Part shown: positions 46,767 through 56,536 of the stretch, piece by piece
Numbering within the stretch: position 1 is the first letter of the stretch
Layout of the letters: every line of letters begins with the position of its first letter
Source of the DNA: an uncultured bacterium
Lineage (GTDB): Bacteria; Patescibacteriota; Minisyncoccia; Phycocordibacterales; PALSA-1337
Direction: 5' to 3'
NCBI GenBank assembly: GCA_903839725.1
Contig: CAIMDG010000001.1
Location: forward strand, 3,558-67,557
DNA: 64,000 nt
Notes under the pieces: model-generated
Databases searched by the model: none
What the model saw: the letters and a program-made list of their open reading frames with translations, nothing else
What the model was told of the DNA's origin: nothing
Position numbers and translations under genes: made by a program

Positions 46767-47924
46767 TCAGAATCTGATCCGGCGATAGCCAGACTGACTG
46801 CTGGCTCGCATGGCCCAACGGTTATCGTGCGGGGCGACGATCAGGGTTGAGCGGAGTTGACTCGGGTTTGGCATCCGAAGCAACCAACTCGTGTCCACAT
46901 ACATGCGCCCATCGTATTCACGAAAGACACTGTAATTCGGATGAGTGGACATGAGGACACCTTCCTTGGTCCACGGCCGATCCTGGAACACCTCATAGAG
47001 ATGCAGTGCCGGTTGGCTGTCATCAGTTTGACTCTTGGCGAACTGAACGAATGAGAGCCAATGAATCCACTCGCCGATTTTTTCCCCATTTGCCAAGACG
47101 AAACCGATTGGTTTTTCCTTGGGCTGCAATGAAGAAAGATAGAGGACACGTGACGGTCCCCCAGGAATGCCATAGTGGAGGAATTTTTTGGCATCCTTGG
47201 CGGACATAAGTCCGCTATCATTGAAATTTTCTTGGTAGCCAACTTTGCCGACATCTCCAAGAAACGTGACAAATCTCCGCATACCACCAACTTCGCCGAC
47301 CATGCTGGGGAAGGTGATTGTAGTGCCGTGCGTGAGCACATGTCCCAGATTGATGTTGTCTGGACGTTCATCCGGCAGTTTGATTTTTCTGTTGCCGGCA
47401 GCACAGGAAATCGAGAATTCCTGCGTGGTGTAGTTCACGATGATTGAGAAGATGGGAACACCTCGTCGGATGCAACTGATTGCAGACGTTGCTCCGCTGA
47501 TAGTTGCCGGGTTTCCATACTTTTTCTCCCACAAAGCCAATGTTTTTGGATTGCCGAGAATTTCCCCAATTTTTTTCTTAGGAGGGAATCCGGCAAGGAA
47601 AGCTTTGAGTTGGTTTGAGCGGTCCGTCGGATCGCTGATGAAGACAGTCCGGAACGATTGTGGGTCGTTCGGACGAAACGAATCATTGAAGCGGATGCTT
47701 TTCGAGCCTGCTTCTTCGGTCACCACGACGGCCCCGGCATCATATCGGCCGAGCGCTTCGCAGATGGTGATTTCCGGCGCTGCATCCATGCCGAGCGTGT
47801 CTTTCTTGCCATATTTACTGATCGGACGTAGTGCGTCTTCGACCGTTGAGTGCCGAAAGTCATAATAGGCCTTCAGCGCAGCTTCAATTGCTGCGTTTAA
47901 GTGGGCGATTTCTACACCTTGCAT
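46767..47924 (-). CDS. Divergent inositol-monophosphatase/FBPase (FIG) superfamily protein
   Basis: D...E...., VVTEEAG and FISDPTDRS resembling the EE / DPxDGS metal-binding motifs. Confidence 0.6.
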   Translation of the reverse strand: MQGVEIAHLNAAIEAALKAYYDFRHSTVEDALRPISKYGKKDTLGMDAAPEITICEALGRYDAGAVVVTEEAGSKSIRFNDSFRPNDPQSFRTVFISDPTDRSNQLKAFLAGFPPKKKIGEILGNPKTLALWEKKYGNPATISGATSAISCIRRGVPIFSIIVNYTTQEFSISCAAGNRKIKLPDERPDNINLGHVLTHGTTITFPSMVGEVGGMRRFVTFLGDVGKVGYQENFNDSGLMSAKDAKKFLHYGIPGGPSRVLYLSSLQPKEKPIGFVLANGEKIGEWIHWLSFVQFAKSQTDDSQPALHLYEVFQDRPWTKEGVLMSTHPNYSVFREYDGRMYVDTSWLLRMPNPSQLRSTLIVAPHDNRWAMRASSQSGYRRIRF

Positions 47925-48049
47925 ATTGGGGGTCTTTCTGGGTTTAGTGTGATGATATACCACACCAGATTCTTGTTTTGTCAAGATTCTGATTCAATAC
48001 TAATACTTTGCACGTAAAATGCAAGTAAGAAAAATATGACATGCGCAGG

Positions 48050-48934
48050 CTACTTTTTCTGATCAAAATAGTCGAAAAGTGCCTTGATGCCCGAAAGGTT
48101 ACGCTCCCATTCGATAGAATTGTGAGTTTGGAGTTCTACGGTAATTGCAGGAATATTGATAGAAGCCAACCAGTCATCAGCGGCTCCTGTTGTTGAGTAT
48201 GCATCGAAAGATGTGTTGGAAGAATATTTTGAAGCCTTTGAATATGCATTCATAATATCGAGAGTAGTTGGAAGAATGCCGTGTAGACATTGAGAAGCAT
48301 AAATTGCATTTGACTGACTATGCCAGAAGATAACTGCATCTTGATGGACACGAGTCGTGAATGATTTGAGAGCTATGGATTCAGGTTCTGAAAAGGCAGT
48401 AGCTCCAGCACTGACTATTTTTGTTTGCCACGTGCTTTGTGGTTGCCATTTACAATCAAAGTTGCGATTGAGATCAACTGTATGTGCATTGAAACGACCT
48501 GATGCAAGGATTGTACTACTTGTTGATACGTCTGAGACTACAAAACGACCTTCTTTATTTGTTACTGCATACACTCCGTCCGGATTTGCTGCGGGAATGA
48601 TGGTAACAGTTATATTCTTTGGAATAGTATCTGGGTTTGCTTCGAGATAGTCCATGAATGTATATGCAAGAAGCACGCTATTCCATTCATAGCCACCATG
48701 AATACCACCAACAAAGAGGAGATGGGTTGCACCAGTGCCATACGAATATGCATCAATAGTGCGTCCTTGAAGAGATTTCCCAATGACCACATGTTGTGGT
48801 TCGAGTTGTGCAGGTTCAGTTTGTGTGACAGGTGGAGTCGAACTATGTAAACGTGTAAATACAATTACACTAATACAAAGTATAACGAGGATGATACCGA
48901 TAATAAAATATCGATTCGAGAGGGTAGATCGCAT
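48050..48934 (-). CDS. M14 zinc carboxypeptidase (MpaA-like), membrane-anchored
   Basis: GIHGGYE, NPDG, RFNA..VDLNRNF, SEPE, WHS and VEL motifs. Confidence 0.9.
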   Translation of the reverse strand: MRSTLSNRYFIIGIILVILCISVIVFTRLHSSTPPVTQTEPAQLEPQHVVIGKSLQGRTIDAYSYGTGATHLLFVGGIHGGYEWNSVLLAYTFMDYLEANPDTIPKNITVTIIPAANPDGVYAVTNKEGRFVVSDVSTSSTILASGRFNAHTVDLNRNFDCKWQPQSTWQTKIVSAGATAFSEPESIALKSFTTRVHQDAVIFWHSQSNAIYASQCLHGILPTTLDIMNAYSKASKYSSNTSFDAYSTTGAADDWLASINIPAITVELQTHNSIEWERNLSGIKALFDYFDQKK

Positions 48935-48939
48935 ATGTA

Positions 48940-49857
48940 TTATTTACCGTAATAGGTAAGTAGTGCCTGGATACCTGCGAGATTTTTTGACCATTCTGTA
49001 TCTGTGTGATTGGTGAGGAGAACACTAATTGCAGGAATGCTATTCTTGGCAAGCCAATTTGTCATATCTCCGGTTGTTGCATAGAAATCAAAACTTTCAT
49101 TGGCAGAATATCCTGAAGCAGATGCATATTTCTTGGTGAGCGTATCTGTTTCTGTAGAAACACCAGTGTGACAATTTGAAGCATATACACCACCAGCCGC
49201 GCTATACCATACTACAACTGCAGCAGGTGAATGCATTTTGATATATGCTTGGATAGCCTGACTTTCTGGTTCAGAAAATGCTTTTGTACCACCACTTACT
49301 GTCTTGTTTTGCCATGTTCCTGATGATTTCCAGTCACAATCAAAGTTTCTGTTGAGATCAACGGTATTGGCATTGAAACGACCTGATACGACAGTGGCAT
49401 CATCTGTTGATACATCTGTTTGTGTGAAATTACCTGTTGTTGTGCCTACAACAGTATTGAGTCCGTCTGGGTTCAATACGGGAATAACAGTAACACTCAC
49501 ATTTGCAGGAATAATTTTGGAATTATTTTTCAAATAACTTATCAGTTGGTATGCAAGAAGAGACGTATTCCATTCATAGCCACCATGAACACCGGCAATA
49601 AAGAGAAGTTCTGTTGTACCAGTACCATAATGATATGCATTGATATCGCGATGTTCTACTGATGTTCCTATCTTCGTGATGGCACTATTTTTTTGTGCAA
49701 CTTGTTGTGTCGAAGTAGCTTTTGATACTGACGTAGTTACTGTAGTAGAAGTCGTATCTGATGTATCTACGGGTATTTGTGCGGGACTTTTAAAGATGAA
49801 ATAGAGGGCGATGATGACGATAACAATAATGCCTGATGTGATAATGGTTTTTTTCAT
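48940..49857 (-). CDS. M14 carboxypeptidase paralog (possibly inactive)
   Basis: GVHGGYE, NPDG, VDLNRNF and SEPE present, but WYS and VLL where the neighbour has WHS and VEL. Confidence 0.88.
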   Translation of the reverse strand: MKKTIITSGIIVIVIIALYFIFKSPAQIPVDTSDTTSTTVTTSVSKATSTQQVAQKNSAITKIGTSVEHRDINAYHYGTGTTELLFIAGVHGGYEWNTSLLAYQLISYLKNNSKIIPANVSVTVIPVLNPDGLNTVVGTTTGNFTQTDVSTDDATVVSGRFNANTVDLNRNFDCDWKSSGTWQNKTVSGGTKAFSEPESQAIQAYIKMHSPAAVVVWYSAAGGVYASNCHTGVSTETDTLTKKYASASGYSANESFDFYATTGDMTNWLAKNSIPAISVLLTNHTDTEWSKNLAGIQALLTYYGK

Positions 49858-50026
49858 ACGTTTATATAATTATTTGAGTCTAATAATGTGAGTAATAAGA
49901 TTGATATACCGTATAGGCCGAAGCGTACGAGAACATATTACATAGCTACTTCATATACAAGTATACCACCTCATAATCTACACAAAAAGATGATTCATTA
50001 TGTTGAATATGATATATTTTAACCAT

Positions 50027-50314
50027 ATGAAATCAGCTGAAGTATTGAGCGCAGATACTGGAACAGAACGTTTATTATTTCAGGATAAAACTGTAGCCCA
50101 GATTAACGAGTGGGTTGAAAATGTAAAAATAGTCATGGCCTCTGAATCTGAAGAAGATCGTTCTAATCCTGATTATGAAATTCGTATGGATGCACTCGAA
50201 AGAGCTATCCAAGAATACACTTCGGCTCCTGTAGACCAAAAAGAAGAAACTGAAAAGATTGTTCAGGAACGTGCACAAGCACTTCTTGATACTTTGAAGC
50301 AAGGTTCTCGATAA
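50027..50314 (+). CDS. Hypothetical acidic protein
   Basis: 95-aa helical ORF. Confidence 0.6.
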   Translation: MKSAEVLSADTGTERLLFQDKTVAQINEWVENVKIVMASESEEDRSNPDYEIRMDALERAIQEYTSAPVDQKEETEKIVQERAQALLDTLKQGSR

Positions 50315-50386
50315 TACTCTCGTAAGTGAATATATGTAAAAAACCCCGTCACGTGAATGACGGGGCTGTAATCGTTGATGATGCGC

Positions 50387-53300
50387 TTACTTTCGATGTT
50401 CCATGCACCAGGTTCTGGCGTTTTGGAACATACGGAGCCAAGGTGAAGCATCAAGACTGTGCCAGGATGATGGCATCCATGGCCATTGCCACAAACGGAA
50501 ACAACGTTCAGGGTGTGGCATCATCGCGAGATGACGACCATCTGGAGAGCAGAGCGCCGTGACACCGTCTGGCGAACCATTCGGGTTGTGCGGATACTCT
50601 TCAGTTATTGCACCGTGCGGGTCGATATACCGGAGAGGTGCAAGTCCCTTTCTGCTGACTTCCCGTTGCACTGATGCGTCGGGGTAGATGAGGCGACCTT
50701 CGCCGTGAGCGACCCAGACACCGAGTTTCGAACCTTCCATACCAGTGAGAAGTATTGATGGACTTGGCAGGATTTCTACCTGAGACCATCGGGATTCGAA
50801 CCGGCCGGAAGTGTTGTGAATGAAACGAGGTTGTTTGTCACCCTCGATACCTTTCCACGGAATCCATCCGAGCAGAGCCATAAGTTGGCAACCATTGCAG
50901 ACGCCGAGCGAGAATGTATCCTCGCGAGCGTAGAAACGGTCGAACATATCTTTCAGTTTTGAATTGAAGAGAATAGTTCCTGCCCAGCCTTTGGCGCTAT
51001 CGAATACGTCCATGTAGGAGAAGCCTCCTGCAAAGACGATGCCCTGGAATTGGTCCAGGCTGATCCTGCCTTCAATGAGGTCACTCATTGTGACGTCCCA
51101 TGAAGCAAAACCAGCAGCCGTGAATGCGGCCTGCATTTCCCGATCGCCGTTCGTGCCTTCTTCTCGAAGAACTGCGACCCGCGGTTTGTCTTGTGCGGAC
51201 ATGTGATCGGGAGAAGTGAATGTTGGGCTGAAGGTGATTGCGTATGACCCTGGAGAAGTGAGTCCAGGATAGCTCATCCGAACGAGCATACGCTCCTCGA
51301 TTGCCGATGAACGATTCATCTGCAATTTCTCGATCTCAAAACTGGTAGATTCCCACCAGGTTCTCAAATCGAGAATATCAGTGAATAATACACAGTCAGT
51401 TTTCGTCGAGACGGTGCACGTTTCCTGATTGAGAGTTTTCCCTATTACGAAGAAGGGAATCTTGTGTGATGTGCATATACCGAGAACACGCGTGACTGCA
51501 CTCGTTTTGAGTTCGATGACGAACCCAGCTTCTTCCGAAAATAATTCGGCGAGAGCTGAACGAGCATCGTTGACGTTGATGTCAAACCCGCATCGGCTGG
51601 CCATGCACATTTCGGCGACTGCGGTTATAAGACCGCCGTCACTGCGATCGTGCATTGCAAGGATGAGATCATTGTCGATCATTTCCTGCACCGCAAGGAA
51701 TGCGTTCAGGAGGAGGTTTGGATTATCAATGTCAGGCGATTCATTGCCTAGCTGATTGTATGCTTGGGCCAAAGCTGAACCGCCGAGGCGATTCTTGCCA
51801 AGACCAAGATCAATCAGACAGAGCAAGCTCTTGCCAGGCATTTTGATATCAGGCGTGACCTTCTTGGTAATTTTGGGCACTGGTGCGTAACCTAGCACGA
51901 CCAGTGATCCGGGAGTCTTTACGACTTCACCCTCAATATTCGCTGCCATCGAAAGGCTGTCTTTGCCTCCATCAACCGCTATGTCAAGTTCGATCATGAA
52001 ATCAGACATGGCTTGTGCGGCGTCATAGAGGAGAGCTCCTTCGTGGGGAAGTTTTGCGGGCCACATCCAGTTGGCGCGGCATCGGATGTCTCCGATATGA
52101 CTGATCTTGACTGAGGCCATATTGGTGAGCATTTCTGCCACCGCCATGCGAGCCCCTGCTTTGGGATCAATGAGCATCTTGATCGGCTGTTCGCCGATCG
52201 CTGAAGCAGTTCCGGTCAGACCGAAGTGACTTTGAGCATTGATGCTCACGTTACCAATCGGTATTTGGGCAATGCCACAACATTGTTGTTGCGCAACGAG
52301 CCCAGTAACACTCCGGTCAACTTTGTGCACGAGGAATCCTTTCGAACCGACGTGCGGAAGTTTGAAGACTGCTTCGATCGCTTCGGCTATTGTGATAGCC
52401 GGTAAATCCAAAGGCTTCAGAACCTCAGTCCGCCGTTGTGACGTGAATGTTTTCTGGGGCATATTTGTGAGAATTTGCTCCAGATTCAAGTCCACAGGCG
52501 TCTGCTGATTCGCGGGATCTTCGACGACAACTTTACCGCTGCCGGAAATACTCCCGAGAACTTCACAGTTCACTCGTTCCCGTGCACACATCGACTGAAA
52601 AACTTCGATATGTTCGGGCTTGATGAGAAGACCGTAGCCTTCTTGGAATTCAGCACTCCAGATCTTGAGGACTGACATTGTTTTGTCGCCGAGGACAATC
52701 TTGCGGATATTGATAGTTCCGCCTGATGGTTCGAGCAGTTCAGTGAGAACATTGCTCGGTCCACCGGCACCTTGATCATGGATGCTAGAAATAGGATTGT
52801 TGTCTCCCATTTCGACACAGGCCCGAATGACGCGATTGGCTTTGTTCTCCATCTCGGCGTTGCCGCGTTGAACGGAGTTGAAGTCGAGCGCTTCGGTGTT
52901 TTGACCTTGCATCATGCTTGAAGCACTACCGCCGCCGACCCCGATGGGGTATGCGGGACCTCCGATACGCACGATGAGCATTCCTACTGCAGGTGCGAGT
53001 TTGTCGAGGTGTTCGGAAAACAAATGTCCGACGCCACCACTGTAGAGGATAGGTTTTCGTGCTTCACGCCATTCTTTGCCGATAATTTGGCCAAATGTCC
53101 GAGTGAAGCCCAGTGTGAGCGGTTCACCGAATTGATTGCCATAGCTCGAAACGCCGTTGCTGCCTTCGATAAGAATCTTGAGCGGCGAAGCGTATGCCGA
53201 CGGTTTATTCTGGCCAGCAACTTCACCGGGTATTGTATGTCCCGGAATGAATAGGTTGCCGACAAAATATCCAGCGACGCCGATACCAGTGATGCCACCA

Positions 53301-54253
53301 CGACCGACTGCGGTATTGTCACGAATCCGTCCACCGGCGCCGGTTTGGGCACCAGGGAAAGGAGCGACGAATGTCGGGTGATTGTGGGTTTCTGCAGTGC
53401 AGGTGATATGAACCACCCTTGCTCGCACGCTCAACTCGGAAGGTTTTCCGGGTGTAAGTGGTTGCAATAGAAACGTGTGGAAACCAATGATGGCGCCGGC
53501 ATTGTCCCTGAAGGCAATGAGGCTGGCATTTGGTCCCGCACCAAGATTGGGGTGCAAGCGAACAAGTGATGCATTTCTCGAATATTCCAATGGTGCCTGA
53601 ACAATTTTGAACAAGGTCTTGTCCATCGGAGTTCCATCAATGACAATCCGGCCTTTGAAATACCAGTGCCGGCTATGTTCACTGTTCGCATTGCCGAGTT
53701 GAAAAAGTTCAACGTCGGTCGGATTGCGTTTGAGCAGATCCACGAAGAGTTGATGATAGTAGTCGATGTCTTTGACGTCCATGCCGAGGCCGAGTGTCTC
53801 GTTCACTTCTTGAAGGGCAGTTTTGCCGCGGCCGATGAGGTCGATAACCTTGGTCGGTTCGGGCAAGATGCCTGTGTCGAAGCTCGTGACGCCTTGTTGG
53901 TAGAATTGCTCCGTCATCTTGTCGAATGCGATTTTTGAAATCGCATCAGCGGACGTGCCGTTCATATCGATTCGACGACTACATTCAATGCGCACCACTT
54001 GCGTCAGTCCCATTGACCGACACATGGATACAGCATTCGAAGAAGAGGGAGTTTCGATCGAAAGGCGCGGGCCGATTTCGATGATATTCGAACCTGACAA
54101 AAATGGGGTATAGCGAACCATGTTTGGCTCAAATGTCTCTGCAATGAGCCAGTTGAGCTGAACCAATTGGTTGTCTGAAAGTGGACCTGTGGTTTCGATA
54201 TGGAAACCAGATTCAAGTCCTTCTGCATGTCGACGATATATGTTGTATATCAT
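50387..54253 (-). CDS. purL: Phosphoribosylformylglycinamidine synthase, large single-chain form
   Basis: NSEHSRH, ETHNHPT, HDQGAGG, DGGKDSLS, HDRSDGG, GVCNGCQ and MMPHPER motifs. Confidence 0.97.
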   Translation of the reverse strand: MIYNIYRRHAEGLESGFHIETTGPLSDNQLVQLNWLIAETFEPNMVRYTPFLSGSNIIEIGPRLSIETPSSSNAVSMCRSMGLTQVVRIECSRRIDMNGTSADAISKIAFDKMTEQFYQQGVTSFDTGILPEPTKVIDLIGRGKTALQEVNETLGLGMDVKDIDYYHQLFVDLLKRNPTDVELFQLGNANSEHSRHWYFKGRIVIDGTPMDKTLFKIVQAPLEYSRNASLVRLHPNLGAGPNASLIAFRDNAGAIIGFHTFLLQPLTPGKPSELSVRARVVHITCTAETHNHPTFVAPFPGAQTGAGGRIRDNTAVGRGGITGIGVAGYFVGNLFIPGHTIPGEVAGQNKPSAYASPLKILIEGSNGVSSYGNQFGEPLTLGFTRTFGQIIGKEWREARKPILYSGGVGHLFSEHLDKLAPAVGMLIVRIGGPAYPIGVGGGSASSMMQGQNTEALDFNSVQRGNAEMENKANRVIRACVEMGDNNPISSIHDQGAGGPSNVLTELLEPSGGTINIRKIVLGDKTMSVLKIWSAEFQEGYGLLIKPEHIEVFQSMCARERVNCEVLGSISGSGKVVVEDPANQQTPVDLNLEQILTNMPQKTFTSQRRTEVLKPLDLPAITIAEAIEAVFKLPHVGSKGFLVHKVDRSVTGLVAQQQCCGIAQIPIGNVSINAQSHFGLTGTASAIGEQPIKMLIDPKAGARMAVAEMLTNMASVKISHIGDIRCRANWMWPAKLPHEGALLYDAAQAMSDFMIELDIAVDGGKDSLSMAANIEGEVVKTPGSLVVLGYAPVPKITKKVTPDIKMPGKSLLCLIDLGLGKNRLGGSALAQAYNQLGNESPDIDNPNLLLNAFLAVQEMIDNDLILAMHDRSDGGLITAVAEMCMASRCGFDINVNDARSALAELFSEEAGFVIELKTSAVTRVLGICTSHKIPFFVIGKTLNQETCTVSTKTDCVLFTDILDLRTWWESTSFEIEKLQMNRSSAIEERMLVRMSYPGLTSPGSYAITFSPTFTSPDHMSAQDKPRVAVLREEGTNGDREMQAAFTAAGFASWDVTMSDLIEGRISLDQFQGIVFAGGFSYMDVFDSAKGWAGTILFNSKLKDMFDRFYAREDTFSLGVCNGCQLMALLGWIPWKGIEGDKQPRFIHNTSGRFESRWSQVEILPSPSILLTGMEGSKLGVWVAHGEGRLIYPDASVQREVSRKGLAPLRYIDPHGAITEEYPHNPNGSPDGVTALCSPDGRHLAMMPHPERCFRLWQWPWMPSSWHSLDASPWLRMFQNARTWCMEHRK

Positions 54254-54415
54254 AACAATTCTCTTTTGTTTCGGTTTGTGGCTTACAAAAAGCCATACAC
54301 CCAACGTGGGTGGTTTTCTAATGACAATACTACGCAGAAATCGTCTAATTGCAAGAATATGTTGTATAAAAAATCCCATCGTTCGTGAACGATGGGATGG
54401 TCTGCAAAAGCTGAA

Positions 54416-55093
54416 TTATTCGATGTCGCTCGAGTTGATCGCGTATCCGTGTGGACAGATGAGGGAATCAGGGTTTATTCCGTCCCAACTGATACGACCG
54501 TTGACCACCAGATTGGTGATACGTGGCTGATAATAGTGTTCAGCATCATTCACCCGATGCGCAAGCGATTCGGCGGTTTCGTCTTCGTTGATCTTGACCC
54601 GGTAATTCAGAAAGACCGGACCTTGATCGTATTCGGCGGTAACAAAGTGCATCGAAACAGCAGAGTGTGTGATTTCATGACGCTTGAAAGCGGCGATGAC
54701 TGCTTCGTGGACATGGTGTCCATACAATCCTGGCCCGCCAAATTGTGGCAACGGTCCCGGATGAATGTTGAAAACTGTTTTCGAATTGAAGTTGGTGGCC
54801 GGATCAAGTCCAGACACTTTCTTCAGCCAGCCAGAGAGGGCGCAGAAATCTGCTTCCCATATCTGTGCCCAGTGTTGGTATTCTTCACCGGTAAATGGTT
54901 GGTGAAAATACACGAAGGGAATATTGAGTTTGTCGGCCCGCTGCCGCACTCCTCCATGCTCATGGTTGGAAACGACAGCAACGATATTGGCATCGAGTGG
55001 TCCTCCACGTGATGCTGTGACCAATTGTTCAAAACCAGATCCACCACCAGTGGCGGAGCCAGATGCAAATACAAGGATTCGTGGCTTATTCAT
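54416..55093 (-). CDS. purN: Phosphoribosylglycinamide formyltransferase
   Basis: FASG...GSG, LSGW, NIHPGPLPQFGG.G.YG..VH and YDQGP motifs. Confidence 0.92.
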   Translation of the reverse strand: MNKPRILVFASGSATGGGSGFEQLVTASRGGPLDANIVAVVSNHEHGGVRQRADKLNIPFVYFHQPFTGEEYQHWAQIWEADFCALSGWLKKVSGLDPATNFNSKTVFNIHPGPLPQFGGPGLYGHHVHEAVIAAFKRHEITHSAVSMHFVTAEYDQGPVFLNYRVKINEDETAESLAHRVNDAEHYYQPRITNLVVNGRISWDGINPDSLICPHGYAINSSDIE

Positions 55094-55240
55094 AGATTTC
55101 AGTTTTTGAGTTTTTGTCTGTTGGGTAGTATCGGATAAAAGGTTGTTTTTTGCAACATGTTTTGCTGCTTGCCATTTAGCTATTAAATAGGTAGTTTAAA
55201 TTATGAAAGGTAGATGGGAATTATCCCAAAATTGAAAATT

Positions 55241-56383
55241 ATGAAAAAAAATGAAAAACCGATGACATATGCTGGTTCCGGCGTTGACTATGAAGCTATG
55301 GACCCGTTCAAACGAGCAGCTCAACTGGCAGGCTTAAGCACTGACAAATATGTGGAACGTTTCGGTTTCAAGGTCGTGCCGTGGACTCGGGGTGAGAGCG
55401 TCTTTTTGCTCGAAACCCCTTTGGGTTATTTGGGCCTTGTTATCGAGGGTCTCGGCACCAAAAGTTTAGTTGCTGATTCTCTTGCCGAGCTGGATGAATT
55501 GGCAGCTAAAATGGAGAGTCTTCTGGGCAAATCATTTTACGACAAGGTTGCGCAATGCAATGCAGCTATGGCCTTCAATGATCTCATTACGTTGGGCGCA
55601 TTGCCTTTGATTTATGGACAGTATATTGCTGTTCAAAATTCAGATTGGTTCAGCAATAAAAATCGTTCCATTGATTTAATTGAAGGAACAAGGAGAGCGT
55701 GTATGCTCGCACGTTGCACATGGGGCTGTGGTGAGACGCCGACACTTCGTGGCATCATCGTTCCTGGCACAGTTGATCTGGCAGGTGCAACTATCGGCAT
55801 CGTTCCTTCCAAGGATCGTTTGATTGATCCGGCCAATATCCGTCATGGTGATGCGATTGTCCTTATCGAAAGTTCCGGCATCCACGCCAACGGTTTGAGC
55901 ATGGCACGAGGACTTGCTGACCAATTGCCTGAAGGGTATCTTACATTGCTCAGCAACGGTAAGACGTATGGTGAGACACTGTTGGAGCCAACTCACATTT
56001 ATGTCAGTTTGGTGGAAGATTGTCTCAATCAAGGTGTAAAAATTCATTACACGGTCAATATTACCGGTCATGGTTGGCGCAAACTTATGCGTGCAAACCA
56101 GCCATTCACTTACGTCGTCGAACATCTGCCAACTCAACTTCCTATCTTCGATTTTGTTCAGCAACGTGGTCCGGTCGAGGATGAAGAAGCGTATGGGAAT
56201 CTTAATATGGGTGCCGGCTTTGCACTCTATGTTTCCCCTGATGATGTCGCGAACGTTATCAGGATCGCTGCGGAGCTTGGTTTCAAAGCCTTCCATGCCG
56301 GATACATTGAAGATGGCGATAAGAAAGTCATCATCGAACCCAAAGGTCTGGAATATGCAGGGAAAACCCTTGGGGTTCGTTGA
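55241..56383 (+). CDS. purM: Phosphoribosylaminoimidazole (AIR) synthetase
   Basis: TYAGSGVD, EGLGTK, CGETPTL, SSGIHANG, NITGHG and NLNMGAG motifs. Confidence 0.93.
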   Translation: MKKNEKPMTYAGSGVDYEAMDPFKRAAQLAGLSTDKYVERFGFKVVPWTRGESVFLLETPLGYLGLVIEGLGTKSLVADSLAELDELAAKMESLLGKSFYDKVAQCNAAMAFNDLITLGALPLIYGQYIAVQNSDWFSNKNRSIDLIEGTRRACMLARCTWGCGETPTLRGIIVPGTVDLAGATIGIVPSKDRLIDPANIRHGDAIVLIESSGIHANGLSMARGLADQLPEGYLTLLSNGKTYGETLLEPTHIYVSLVEDCLNQGVKIHYTVNITGHGWRKLMRANQPFTYVVEHLPTQLPIFDFVQQRGPVEDEEAYGNLNMGAGFALYVSPDDVANVIRIAAELGFKAFHAGYIEDGDKKVIIEPKGLEYAGKTLGVR

Positions 56384-56536
56384 TTCCATGAAGTTGCGTT
56401 GATTCGCATCACAATTCAGTAACTCTCTGCCAGTGGCGGAGAGTTTTTTAATATGAAAAATCTATTGCTTACGAATATTGAAAATAAAAAATCCGCCCAG
56501 AGGTTCCGGGCGGATGCGTTCTGAAACAGTTCAGAT

